Below are positions 1 through 12,204 of a stretch of 34,889 nt of DNA, one piece after another. Each line of letters begins with the position of its first letter. Position 1 is the first letter of the stretch. The notes under the pieces were generated by a model. It was not told the origin of the DNA. It searched no databases and was given only the letters and a program-made list of their open reading frames with translations. The position numbers were made by a program, and so were the translations under genes. Origin of the DNA: Chiloscyllium plagiosum (taxonomy: Eukaryota); the NCBI RefSeq assembly GCF_004010195.1, contig NC_057718.1:33026184-33061072 (forward strand). The letters run 5' to 3'.

Positions 1-995
1 GTGGACAATGACCTCTTGCTGGCCCCTCTCCCCCTTGTGAACATTTTGCATCCTCTCTGAGACATCCTTGATCCTGACACCAGGGAAACAACACACCATT
101 CTGCTTTTTCTCTGCTGGCCACAGAAACGTCTGTCTGTACCTCGGACTACAGAATCCCCTAACACAATTGATCTCTTGAAACCTGACATACCCCTCGTTG
201 CATTAGAGCCATTCTCAATACCAAAAACTTGGCTGTTTGTGCTACCTGAGAACCCATCACCCCTACATTTTCCAAAACAGTATACCTGTTTGAAATGGGT
301 AGAGCCACAAAAGACTCCTGCCTCTCTTACCTTTCCTGGAGTTAACCCATCTATACGACTGTATCTGAGACTTCCCCCATTCCTATAACTGCCATCCATC
401 ACATATTGTTGCTGTTGCAAATTCCTCATTGCTTCTAACTGTCTCTCCAACTGATCCATTCGATCTGATAAGATTTGCAACCAACAGATTTATGGCAGAT
501 ATAATCTGTAGTAAACCTTAAACTCTCTTTAAACTCCCACATCTGACAAGAAATACATGTCACTGTATTAAAGGCCATTTTTGCTCCTTCACAATCTACA
601 CACCCAGAAAATAACACCGCGTATTCTTCTACAAACACTGCCCCAGTTTAAATTAATAGTTATGGCTTATATTTTAAGTTTAGTCAAGAGACATATCTTC
701 AAAAACATATAATCAAGAAAGAACACACTTTACTCACTACTGCAAATTCTCTGTAGGCCACACTTAAAACAACAATTAACTTCTCTGATTCTGTGCTTTG
801 AACTTCGCCGAACAGTTCCTCCAAGATCAGTAGTGAATTTCACTGTTTGTTAATTTTCCCAGCTGCATTCCGATGTCCAGCGATACATGAATTCAACAGC
901 AAAGGCAGTGTCAGTTTCTTTCTCTCTCTCTCTGTCTCCTGCACTGACCTCGCTATGTGCTTCCTTTGTCTGTTCTTCTCCCTTTTAAATCAGCT
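1..995 (-). mobile_element. CR1 LINE 5' region (5'UTR and decayed ORF1 with zinc-finger/coiled-coil and SGNH esterase-like domain); continues off the left edge
   Basis: Minus strand 580-480 reads MAFNTVTCISCQMWE...DYICHK, the CR1 ORF1 N-terminal Cys motif. Minus strand 99-1 reads MVCCFPGVRIKDVSERMQNVHKGERGQQEVIVH, the CR1 ORF1 esterase block. Frameshifts are present and the 5' boundary is approximate. Confidence 0.85.
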
Positions 996-1038
996 GTTGT
1001 TGGGCTGCAGGGCCTTTTACACACTGTGGGGATTCTAA
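996..1038 (+). repeat. Isolated ~43 bp CR1/HE1-type 3' tail
   Basis: ttgttgggctgcagggccttttacacactgtggggattcta matches the tail of the SINE at 3402-3460 (reverse complement ttgttgggccgaagggcgtgtttccacactgtaag). Confidence 0.6.
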
Positions 1039-1045
1039 AACAAAA

Positions 1046-4000
1046 ATCCACTGTTGTGGGCGCGTTTAGGGAGCTATGGACTTGCACCCCAAGATACTTC
1101 TGTACATCAATACTGTTCAGCATCCTGCCATTAACTGTACACTTTTCCTTGACACTCCATCTGCCATTTCTCTGCCCCAAATCTGCAACTGATCTATATT
1201 CCCCTGCATCCTTTGACAACTTTCTACACTCTCCACCAATTTTTCTATCACCTGCAAAATTACTAACCCAACCATCTACATTTTCATCCAAGTCATTTAT
1301 GTATATCACAAATAATAGAGGTCCCAGATGGATCCTTGCAACATACCACTAGTCACGGACCTCCAACCTGAAAAACACCCTTCTCCCACTGTCTGCTATG
1401 GCCAAGCAAACTCTGAATCCACACAGCTAAGTCACTGTGGATCCCATGCACCTTAGACTTATGGATGAGCCAACCGTGAAGGACCTTGTTGAAAGCCTTA
1501 CTAAAATCCAGTTGACAACGTCCACTGCTCTACCCTCATCTATCACCTTCATCCCCTCCTTGAAAAATTCAATCAAGTTAGTAAGATATGTCCCACCCTG
1601 CACAAAGCCATGCTGACTGTCCCTAATTAGGCCATGCTTTCCAGATGTGCGTAAACCTTATCCCTAAGAATTCTCTTCAATATCTTCCCTAGTACGAATG
1701 TGAGACACAGCAGTCTTCAGTTCCTGGATTATCCCTATTTCCCTTCTTGAACTGAGCTACTCACCAGTCCTCCACCACCTCTTCAGTGGTTAGCAAGGAT
1801 ATAAAAATCTTGGTCAAGGCCCCAGCAATCTCCTCTCTTGTCTTTCTCAATAACCTAGGGTTAATACTATTGGGTCCTGGGGATTTATCCACCTACACTT
1901 CTTCATTCCTGATCTCAAATGCCCGAGTTTATTAGCATGCTCCACACAAATCTCACAATCCTCCACATCCTTCTCCTGGGTGAAAAGCAATGCACAGTAC
2001 TTATTTAAGATGTCACCCACATCCTCTGCCTCCAAGCACATGTTTCCTCCTTTATCCCTGAGTGATCCTATCTTCTCCCTTGTTATCCTCCCTTGTTATG
2101 GCCTTTAGTTTTTAATGTCTCTATGTATTTAACCCTATTTGCCAAGGTCATTTCATGACCCCTTCTTGCTCTCCTAATTCCTGCTTGAGTAATTTTCTGC
2201 TTTTCTTATATTCCTCATGGGCACTGTCCGATTTTAGCTTCCTAAACCTTAAATATGCTTCTTTTTTCATTTTGACTAAATTCACAAAACCCCTTGTCAT
2301 CCAAGGGTCCCCTACCTTGCCAACCTTGTCCTTCCTCCTTACTGGAATATGCTGGTCTTGAACTCTCATCAGAAGGTCATTAAACAGTTCCCAGATGTCA
2401 AATGTGGACTTACCTAATAATAGCTCTTCCAATTAACACTCCCTAACTCCTGCCTAATACTGATATAATTTGTCCTTCCCCAATTTAGTACCTTCCCTCA
2501 AGATCTTGACTCATTTTTGTTCATAGCTATCTTAAAATTTGAGGAGTTGTGGTCACTGTTTCCAAAATGCTCTCCCACTGAAAGGCCAGTCACCCAGCCA
2601 GGCTTATCAGCCAGTACAAGGTCCAGTATGGCCCCTCCTTTAGATGGACTATCCACATCTGTTTCAAGAAACCCTCTTGGATGCACTTAACAAATTCTGC
2701 CCCATCTAACCCTCTTGCTCTAAGGGAGCCCCAGTCAATATTGCAGAAGTCAAAATCACCCAATATGGCAATACTTTTTTTTATTGCACCTTTCCATAAT
2801 CTGCTGACATATTTATTCCTCAATCTCTCAGTGACTGTTGGGGGACTATGGTCATATCCTATCAAAGTGATTGCATCCATTTTATTTTTGAGGTCTACCT
2901 ATATTGCCTCCAGCATGCCCTCTGAGTGCAGACATAACAATCTCCCTGATGAATAATGCAATTCCTCCATGTCCTTTACTTTCCTCTCTATCTCATCTGA
3001 AACATCAAAACCCTGGAATGTTGAGCAACCAGTCCTGTCCCTCTCTCATCCATGTCTCTGTAATGGCCACAACATCATAGTCCCATGTACTGATCCAGGC
3101 TCTAAGCTCATCTGCCTTACCTCGCATTGAAATAAATACACTTCAGCCCATTAGTACCGTCGTGTTCCATCACCTGTCTCTGCCTGACCTTTCTTTCTGA
3201 TTTACTGGTCTTAACATCTACCTTTCCCTCAATCCCTCTACTTGCTGACTTTCTGTTCTGGCTCCCAGCCCCCTGCCAATCTAGATTAAATCCTCCCAAG
3301 TGGCACTGGCTACCCTCCCTTCGAAGGTATGGGTTCTCCTCCAGTTTAGGTACAACCCGTCCCTCTTGTACAGGTCACCCCTGTCCCAGAAGAGATCCCA
3401 ATTAGATTAGATTAGATTAGATTACTTACAGTGTGGAAACACGCCCTTCGGCCCAACAAGTCCACACCGACCTGCCGAAGCGTAACCCACCCAGACCCAT
3501 TCTCCTACATTTACCCCTTCACCTAACACTACGGGCAATTTAGCATGGCCAATTTACCTGGCCCTGCACATTTTTGGATTGTGGGAGGAAACCGGAGCAC
3601 CCGGAGGAAACCTATGCAGACACGGGGAGAATGTGCAAACTCCACACAGGGAGTCGCCTGAGGTGGGAATTGAACGCGGGTTTCTGGCGCTGTGAAGCAG
3701 CAGTGCTAACCACTGTGCTACCGTGCTGCCCATAATGATCCAAGAACCAGAAACCCTGCCCTCTGCACCAACTCGTTAGCTATGTGTTCATCTGTCCTAT
3801 CTTTCTATTCCTAGCCTAGTAACCTCGCCCAGAGATTACTACCCTTTAGGTCCCGCTCTTCAGCCACTTTCCTAACTCCTTGTTCTCATTCCGCGCACCT
3901 CAGTCCTCTTTCTACCTATGTCATTGGTACAAATGTACACCATAACCTCTGGCTGCTCACCCTTCCCATTAAGAATTTCAGAGACGTCCTTGACCCTGGC

Positions 4001-4385
4001 ACCAGGGAGGCAACACACCATCCCAGTGTCTCAAACACAGCCACAGAAATACCTGTCTGTGCCCCTAACTAGTCAGTCTCCACCATTATCACTGGCTTGG
4101 ATCTTGCCCGACGCTGCTCTATAGCAAAGCCAATTGTGGTGCCACAGACCTGGCTGTTGCTGTTATACTCCCGAGAGGCTATTCCCACCAACAATATCCA
4201 AAACGGTAAACCTGTTAGATAGGGGAATAGCCACAGGAGACTCCTGCACGAACTGCCTGCCTCTCCTGGTGGTTACCCATATATCTGACTCAACCTCTGC
4301 TGCAAGCACCTCCCAGTAACTAGTGTCTATCACACTCTCTGCCCCTATATGCTCCTCAGTGTGTCCAATTGCCGCTCCAACTGGA
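1046..4385 (-). mobile_element. Decayed CR1 LINE: ORF1 (esterase) plus ORF2 (APE endonuclease and RT) with internal deletions, 3' end missing, interrupted by a SINE
   Basis: ORF1 motifs VCCLPGARVKDVS and GEQPEVMVYICTND (~3900-4070). ORF2 start GLKCIYFNAR (~3150), APE motifs ILGDFDF and AILDLVL...GNSDHN, RT motif IYINDLD...NFAGD, then LGVQVHSSL. Many stops and frameshifts. Confidence 0.92.
3402..3731 (-). mobile_element. tRNA-derived V-SINE (HE1-like) with (TCTAA)n tail, inserted in CR1 ORF1
   Basis: Reverse complement starts GGGCAGCACGGTAGCACAGTGGTTAGCACTGCTG with A/B-box-like motifs, has the V-SINE core GTGTGGAGTTTGCACATTCTCCCCGTGTCTGC, a CR1-like 3' tail and TTAGA repeats at 3402-3423. Host CR1 sequence resumes after it. 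Confidence 0.9.
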
Positions 4386-4615
4386 TGTGCTATTATCTTT
4401 GAGGAACCAGTTCTAACTGTTTTCTAAAATGAGTCAGAAATATTGATTGCATCAAATAGGATACTTAGAGATTACCTGTAATATTTCAAGAGGGGAAGAG
4501 TGGATAACCATTATTAAAAAATATAGCCTTGTAATTGCTATAGGCTTTTAAAGTAGTACACAATGTGGTTAGTGGGTGCTTCCAGGGTAACAGAAAAGGA
4601 CTGATTGCCATAATA

Positions 4616-4950
4616 GTGGTGGCATGGTGGCTCAGTGGTTAGCACTGCTGCCTCAGAGTGCCAGGGACCCACGTTTGATTCCATCCTCGGATGACTGTCT
4701 GTGTGGAGTTTGCACATTCTTCCCAAGTCCGCGTGGGTTTCCTTCGAGTCCTCTGGTCTCCTCCCATAGTCCAAGGATATGCAGATTAGATAAATTGGCC
4801 AGGCTGAATTGCCCATTGTGTCCAGGAATGTGTACGGTGGGGGGATTAACTATTGGGAATGCAGAGTTACAGGGATTGAGTGGGATGCTCTTTGGAGGAT
4901 CGATGTGAACTTGATGGGCTGAATGGCCTGCCTCCACATTTAGAAATGAT
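4616..4950 (+). mobile_element. tRNA-derived V-SINE (HE1-like), more diverged copy
   Basis: GGTGGCTCAGTGGTTAGCACTGCTGCCTC head, core GTGTGGAGTTTGCACATTCT...GCGTGGGTTTCC, CR1-like tail GATGGGCTGAATGGCCTG. Confidence 0.88.
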
Positions 4951-5471
4951 CACCAGAATGGAACTAATGGTTCAATCCCTGGCCTATACTGAGTTGTTTG
5001 AGATGGTTATGAGAGTGCCAATTCAATACAAAATGCTCTAGGCAGGACAATCAAATGAGAATGTCACATTGTTGTTCGGCAAATTCAGACACCGAGTCAT
5101 CTCTAAGGCTTTCAATGATTACAGACTGTTATTATTGATGTATATTCATGAAGATTAACTTGTTGTGTATGTCTGTAAAGGCCTATAAGATTGTGGTGCA
5201 GGCTGAGATACTACTTCACTGATGGAGAACATATTGAATTAAAAATCCAGTATGGCTGAAAGCTGAAAATAATGATGTCTCTTACAATGCCGAACAATAA
5301 TCAAATATCTACAAACCTTTTACAGCTCCTTCTTCTCTTTGAGTTGATGGTGACATATATTAAGATTTAAGCCACTTGGGATACAATTACATTAATCGAG
5401 ATAATTGATTCTCCAATTTCAACCTTCAAGAGTCAGAAAAGCGAGCATCAGTGGGATAGTTTAAAGGTAGC

Positions 5472-5636
5472 GCTGAAAATGTGTTGCTGGAAAAGCGCAG
5501 CAGGTCAGGCAGCAGAAGGGCTTATGCCCGAAACGTCGATTCTCCTGCTCCTTGGATGCTGCCTGACCTGCTGCGCTTTTCCAGCAACACATTTTCAGCT
5601 CTGATCTCCAGCATCTGCAGCCCTCACTTTCTCCTC
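5472..5636. mobile_element. Short fold-back Penelope-derived element, family P1; ribozyme core 5'-truncated
   Basis: 17 bp TSD GATAGTTTAAAGGTAGC at 5455-5471 and 5637-5653. Inverted arms 5472-5514 and 5557-5599. Carries GAAGGGCTTATGCCCGAAACGTC but lacks the CTGA part of the core. Confidence 0.85.
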
Positions 5637-5892
5637 GATAGTTTAAAGGTAGCCTGCATTTCTTAAAGTGGAGGTACTTTGGTGGCTATCATTAATACAA
5701 GAAGTTCAGCATTTGAAATAGCAAGTAAAAGTAGTGTAGGAGCTGGCACATTTTGTTGGTGAAAGAGGTGACTAGGAGGAACAAGCTGCTCTTTTCCTTT
5801 AATGGGAAAGAGTTAAGAAAGACCATCAGGACAATACAAGTCCTGTGAAACTATTTTATTGTTCAATCAGATTATGACTGATCTGTATCTTG

Positions 5893-6720
5893 AACAATGA
5901 AGAAGATTATTTCAGAGTATCTTGATCAGAATGGCCAATGGACTGAGGAGTGGCAGATGGAGTTTAATGTGGATAAATGTAAAGTATTGTATTTTGCTAT
6001 GGCAAAATATTGCTGAACAAAGAGACCTAGAGGTGCGGGTGCATAGTTCCTTGAAAGTGGAGTCGCAGGTAGACAGGGTGCTGAAGAAAGCATTTGAAAT
6101 GCTAGCTTTCATTAGTCAGGACATTAAGTATAAGAGTTGGGGTGTCCTGTTGTGGCTGTACTGGGCATTGGAGAGGCCACCTTTGGAATACTGTGTACAA
6201 TTCTGGTCATTCCTCTGTAGGAAAAATGTTGTTAAACTTGAGAGGGCGCAGGAAAGATTTAGCAAGATTGTTGGGTTTGAGTTATAGGGAGAGTCTGAAT
6301 AAACTAGGGCTTTTTCCCCTGGTGCGTTGGAGGCTGAGAGGTGACCTATAAATTCATGAGGAACATCAATAGAGTAAATAGACAAAGTCCTTCCCCAGGG
6401 TGGGGGAGTCCAAAACTGGAGGGCATGCGTTTAAGGTGAGAGGGGAAAGACTTAAAAAGGACCTGAGGAGTAACTTTTTCATGCAGAAAGAGACATATAT
6501 GGATCAAACTGCCAGAGGAAGTGGTGGAGGCCAGTACAGTTACAACATTTAAAAGGCATCTGATGGGTATATGAATAGGAAGGGCATAGAGGGATAAGGG
6601 ACAAATACTGGCAAATAGGACTTGGTCAGATTGGGATGTCAGGTTGGCATGGATGAGTTGGACCAAAGGATCTGTTTCCATACTGTCTAACCCTATGACT
6701 CAATGACTCTATGTCTCTAT
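5893..6720 (+). mobile_element. 5'-truncated CR1 LINE (ORF2 C-terminus and 3' tail)
   Basis: QRDLEVRVHSSLKVESQVDRV, RPPLEYCVQFWS and RLRGDL motifs; ends in CTATGACT-type repeats. Confidence 0.92.
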
Positions 6721-7404
6721 TTAACTGTCTTGCTTAGCAAAGATATGTCAATCTCAGTTTTAAAACTGACTATTGATCTAGTTTAATAGATTTTTGAGAG
6801 AGACAGTTCCAGACATGCACTATCCTTCATGTGAAATATCCCGAAATCACAACATCTGAGCTCATGAGAAATTCAATCAATTTCTTCGCATTTGTAACCC
6901 CGCAACTTCGCAATTTGGAAATCTCCACTAGCTAAATGTAACTGAGAGGCTTCTCATTGAAGTTGAGGAAGGAAATCCTATTCTAATCTTTTGCCTGGTG
7001 TTAAAGCTTCCACACTATTTGCTCCTTTGCCCTCTTCCACTTCCAGCTACAGTTTCTGTTCTCTCTGGAGATGTTATTCCACCCCATCATAACTGTATCA
7101 GGAAATGTCATTTCACCAATAATAAACTGAAAGCTTACAGAGATAGTGCTGGAGTTTGTCAAACTCACTGACCATGTATTTTGACGACAGTGGTCAAACA
7201 TCAGTGGAGGCCACTCAGAAACAATTCTGAAATCTTTCACAAGTTTTTTTTAAGAGCCACCACCAGCGCCTCCCCACTACTTCACAGCCAGCACCTCTCT
7301 ATTTTGCCCATTCCCACTCCTGCATTCCCACTTTGCAATGACATTAATGATCAGCTTTGGCTTTTAAACTTTGCCCTTCTTACAAATCATGGAAATATAT
7401 CGCC

Positions 7405-7597
7405 AATCCTTCACTGTCACTGGGTCAAAATCCTGGAATTCCCTCCCTAATGGCCTTGTGGGTCAACCCACAGCAGGTGGACTGCAGCGGTTCAAGAAGG
7501 TAGCTCACCACCACCTTCTCAAGGGGCAACTAGGGATGGGCTAGCAATGCTGGCCCAGCCAGTGATGCCCACATCCCATAAATGATTTTTTTTTAAA
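7405..7597 (+). mobile_element. 3' end of a CR1/L2-clade LINE
   Basis: TGGAATTCCCTCCCTAA...CGGTTCAAGAAGG..GCTCACCACCACCTTCTCAAGGG...GCCCACATCCC. The same tail occurs on the SINEs at 12205 and 34590. Confidence 0.75.
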
Positions 7598-8229
7598 ATG
7601 CTATAAGTGCTGATTAATGAGGTAAAGTTTGGAGCTGTGAAGTGACAGAGATCAATCATGGTTACAATATCATGCAACCTTAGCGGTGATCATAGAGGAG
7701 GTTAAGCAGCAGACTAGTCAACAAGTAGCATGTCAATTTATGTCTAGTCTTGATTTTCCTTTCCTTCATTTTTGCTTTAATCCTCCGTGAGCAATTTTCT
7801 TTTAACTTTCCTTCTTGCTGTGGTCTGCTGATTGGTTGAAGCACTCTCTAATTTCAGAACTTTTGTCTCCCATTTTTAACACTCCCCTTTAATTGTCCCC
7901 ATCCCTTTAAGTTTAACTTGTATAGTGTGTCCCCACACCTGCTCACAATTTCTTCTGGAAATGTGCTGACAAGCTGCGCCATGATGTTAAATCCGTTTTC
8001 AGAATTTCCGAGGAGAATCAGAATGCTAGTTTATATTTCCCAGCCAAAGGGGCTTTCCTAATGAGTTTCCATCCTGAAATCAACCTAGTGAATTCAGGGA
8101 GACACAGTTGTAATATCCTAACTTGCACACTGCTACCAACTCAACCGCGAACGCAGATCATCTTTGGGACCTTGTTGGTCAGTACCACACTATGTAATTC
8201 AATGAACCTTTGACACACAACTTACAGTG

Positions 8230-8310
8230 GTGAGGGCTGTTGTGGTGTTGTCATAGTGTCCCAACGTCTGGTCTAGAACCTCAGTGTTTGAGTCCCATGC
8301 CAAGACTTGT
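8230..8310 (+). repeat. Degenerate tRNA-derived SINE head
   Basis: GTGGTGTTGTCATAGTGTCCC...GTGTTTGAGTCCC shows A-box/B-box-like spacing; very decayed. Confidence 0.35.
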
Positions 8311-9410
8311 TGACTATAGAAGGCGCCTTTGGCTGATGGGTTGCTTATCAGCCTGTAAATCCCTACAATATTTCTAATGGCATGTGGTAAGAGCACGAAC
8401 ATTTCCTGATAAGTCATCCTGTGAATGGCAATGTTGAACAACTGCAGAACTTCACCCATAGGACTATTCCACTGGAGGCCCGTGGGCAAGCTCTCAGAAA
8501 TGAGGACTGGAGCTCAGACAGACTGACCATAGCAAAGGGTTAATTAAACTAGTGGCATAAAACATTATCAGTATATAGAATCAATCACCTGAAGTGCACT
8601 TTGCACTAAAGAAAGACTGTTGCAAACTTTCAACTCGAAAATTCTGTTTTGGTGCCAGAATTTGGGATTACTATGAGCATTAAAAAGCATCTCTTAATGC
8701 TGCTGTAATCTTGTTAAAGTCTTTGCTGAGGGACGTCAGGGTAAGGGTACAGACAGGTCTCACATGGCTTGACCTAATTCAGATGTATGTTAGATGGCAC
8801 TTTGCTTAATGTCTCCTTTAATTATCCAGGACATATGAATCGCTTAGAATGGTGAGAAAATATTGGGATAACAACTGGCTTGCCCCATTTGTTTGGGTTC
8901 AAGGACTACAATTTGTGACGTGCCCTTGTCTGTTCCATTGGAATATCGAAGGTCTCAAAGTTGGCACTCCTACCCCACAAGCAGGATTGAGTTACTGCCT
9001 CACTGCTGGCTGCCTGTACAATATACATTCAGCAGTGTGGTGCGAATAACAACTGAGGCTTTCTTCTCTTCAAGCTGTCTTTTCCTCTTTAAAGTAAGCT
9101 GCACTGCAAAATACTGCTGCAATTTAAAGCATGGAACAACAGGACAGAGAGAAACCAATGCCCAGTAGACATTACTGGTAGAGATAAGCACATGGAGAAA
9201 TGTCATGGCTCTGTGAAGGGAAGAAGCAGGGAATCTGAATAGATAGATGACAAAGATAACACTCAGATGGGAGTGGGGTCAAAAGGACAGCAAAGTCAAG
9301 TGTGGGGCGAGCCTCACACACTTGGCAGCAGTGCTACAAGATGCCTATTACTTTTATGGAGGTGATCAAGTTCAGTGATAGTGTCATAGAGTCATAGAGC
9401 ATGGAGAGTT

Positions 9411-9580
9411 ATGGTCTGAGTTATAGGGAGAGGTTAGACTTTTTTCTTTAGAGCGTAGGAGACTGAGGGAGGACCTTATAGAAGTGTATAAGATCATGAG
9501 AGGCATAGATAGGGTGAATGCACTCAGTCTTTTTTCCCAGGGGTGGGGAATCAAGGACTAGAGGGTATCTGTTTAAGATT
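9411..9580 (+). repeat. Inverted copy of CR1 segment 10002-10162 embedded in the same element's tail
   Basis: Aligns end to end with the reverse complement of 10002-10162; both share a ~10 bp deletion absent from other CR1 copies in the window. Confidence 0.85.
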
Positions 9581-9660
9581 TGGCCCAAACTGGTCCATGC
9601 TGACCAAAATGTCCATCCACACTAACCCCATTCCTCTGCATTTGGTCCGTATCCTTCTAA

Positions 9661-9838
9661 GGAGAAAGTGAGGACTGCAGATGCTAGAGATCAGAGTGGA
9701 AGAGTGTGGTGCTGGAAAAGCAGGATAATCAACGTTTACAGCATAAGCGGATGAACAGCTTCTGTTCGAAATGTCATATCTCCTGCTCATCGGATGCTGC
9801 CTGACCAGCTATGCTTTTCCAGCCCCACATTCTTCACC
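9661..9838. mobile_element. Short fold-back Penelope-derived element, family P1, degenerate
   Basis: 14 bp TSD CC(G/A)TATCCTTCTAA at 9647-9660 and 9839-9852. Starts GGAGAAAGTGAGGACTGCAGATGC; decayed core GGATGA...GAAATGTC. Confidence 0.8.
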
Positions 9839-10999
9839 CCATATCCTTCTAAATCTTTCCTATCTATGTATTTGTCCAAATGCCTTTTAAATGTTGTTAA
9901 CATACCCGTCTCAACCACTTCTGCTGGCAGCTCTTTCTATATATGTACCACTCTCTGTGTAAATAGCTTGCTCCTCAGGTTCCCTTTTATTCTTTCCCTT
10001 TAATCTTAAACTGATCCCCTCTACTCCTTGATTCTCCACCCCTGGGAAAAAGACTGAGTGCATTCACTCTATCTATGCCTCGCATGATCTTACACATTTC
10101 TATAAGGTCCCCCCTCAGTCTCCTAAAGAAAAAGACTAACCTCTTCCTATAACTCAGACCATTGAGTCCTGGCAACATCCTTGTAAATTTCTTCTGCACT
10201 CTTTCCAGGTTAATGACTTCCTTCCTATAGCAGTGTGACCAAAACTGAACACAATACTCCAAATGTGGCCTCACCAACGTCCTGTACAACTGCAATATAA
10301 CTTCTAACTTCTATACTCAATGCCCAGTATGCTACAAGCCATCATCACTGCCCTGTCTATCTGTGACTCCACTTTCAGAGAACCGTGCACCTGAATTCCA
10401 AGGTCCCTCTGTTCCACTACATTCACCATGAAGCTCCTACCTTGATTTGACTTTCCAAAATGCAAGACCTCACACTTATCTATATTAAGCTCCTATTGCC
10501 ATTTCTTGGCCCACTTCCTCAGCTGATCAAGGTCCAGCTGCAATATCTGACAACCTTCCTCACTGTCCACAATACCTCCTATTTTAGTGTCATCTGCAAA
10601 CTTACTAATCATACCTTGTGCATTCTCAACCAAATCATTGATATTGATAACAAACAACAATGGGCCCAGAACGGCCCCTGAGGTGCTCCACTAATCACAG
10701 GCCTCAAGTCCGACAAACATCCTTTGACAATTACTGTCCATCCATTTCCAGGTACTCCCAGGCACTGCCTCACCCCACGCATCCATCTGCTGCCAGCCTC
10801 TCACTTAGCTCTCACTGCCTCTGCATGCCTCCAGTTATTCAGCTAAAGCACTCACTGCCATTCTGCTCTCTCTCTTGTAGGTGGCAGTCTAAAGAAGAGA
10901 GCAGAGCACAATTGGTGGGGTGGGCTAAAGGGTCACATTGCTTTATTCCCAAGGAGCAGGTTGCCCTCAATATTAGTAAATTTAGTAAATTTGTAAAGT

Positions 11000-12080
11000 T
11001 AAGTAAAGCCTTTGACAAGGTTCTGCATGGTATACTAATTAGATTATGTGGGATTCAGTGTGACCTTACCAATTGGATATAAAATTGACTTTATAGCAAG
11101 AGACAGAGGGCGGTGGTGGAGGGTTGCTTTTCAGACTGGAGGCCTGTGACCAGCAATGTTCCTGAGCGATCAGTGCTAAGTCCACTTTAGTTTGTCATTT
11201 GTGATTTGAATGAGAATATAGGAGGCATGGTTAGTAAGTTTGCAGATGACATGAAATTTAGTGGTATAGTCAACAGTGAAGAAGTTTATCTAAGATTACA
11301 AAGGAATCTTGACCAATTGGGTCAATGTGCAGATGGAGTTTAATTTGACACAACAAGGACAGGATTCATACTGTTAATGGTAGGGCCCTGGGTAGTGTTG
11401 TAGAACAGAGAGACCTAAAGATTCAGGTACATAGGTCACAGGTAAGAAAACATTTTGCATGCTTGCCTTTATTGGTCAGACCATTAAGTACAGGAATTGG
11501 TAGGTAACGTTGAGGCTGTACAGAATGTTTGTGAGGCCACCTTTGAAGTACTGTGTACAGTTCTGGTTGTCCCGTTATAGGAAGGATATTATTAAATTGG
11601 AGAGGTTGCAGAAAAGATTTACCAGGATGTTGCCAGGACTGGAGGGCTTGAGTTATAGGGAGATGCTGGATAGGCTGGGGCCTCTTTTAGGCTGAGGGGT
11701 GACCTTATAGTAGTTTATAAAATCACGAGGGGCATAGATAAGGTGAATAGCAAAGATCTTTTCCCTACAGTGGATGAGTTCAAAACGAGAGGACACATTT
11801 TTATGGTGAGTGGAGATAGGTTTAAAAGGTACCTGAGGGACAATGTTTTCACACAGGGTGGTTCGTACATAGAACAAACTAGCAGAGAAAGTGGCAGATG
11901 TAGGTACAGCCGCAACATTTAAAAGATATTTGGACAAGTACATGGATCAGAAAGGTTCAGAGAGATATGGCAAAACACAGGCAAGTGGGACTAGTTTATT
12001 TTGGGAAAATTAGTTGGCATAGATGAGTTTGACCAAAGGGTCTATATCCATGCTATATCACTCTATAACTCTTGACTCTA
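11000..12080 (+). mobile_element. 5'-truncated CR1 LINE (RT to 3' tail)
   Basis: SKAFDKV, SKFADD and RPPLKYCVQFW motifs; tail CTCTATAACTCTTGACTCTA. Confidence 0.92.
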
Positions 12081-12204
12081 TATTATCATGAGATAGATCC
12101 TGTGTTACCCAGCATCACTGAAAATATTCAGGATGACGATATATTCCAGTCTTCTGCCCCTTCTCAACTTCCAGCTCACTCTCTGAAATCTGCAGCTTTA
12201 TTCT

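Larger units (their letters stand above)
9383..10735 (-). mobile_element. 5'-truncated CR1 LINE with two secondary insertions in its 3' tail
   Basis: ORF 9987..10295 MQLYRTLVRPHLEYCVQFWS...RRLRGDLIE; RT motif SKFADD near 10590; tail repeat GTCATAGA at 9383-9399. Confidence 0.93.

Noticed and set aside
4616..4690. tRNA-like A/B boxes (also near 3660-3731 and 13390-13482)
   Set aside because: These are SINE heads continuing into SINE cores, not tRNA genes.
4960..5100. Possible ancient SINE remnant (GGTTCAATCCCTGG...CTGAGTT)
   Set aside because: Too degenerate to assign.
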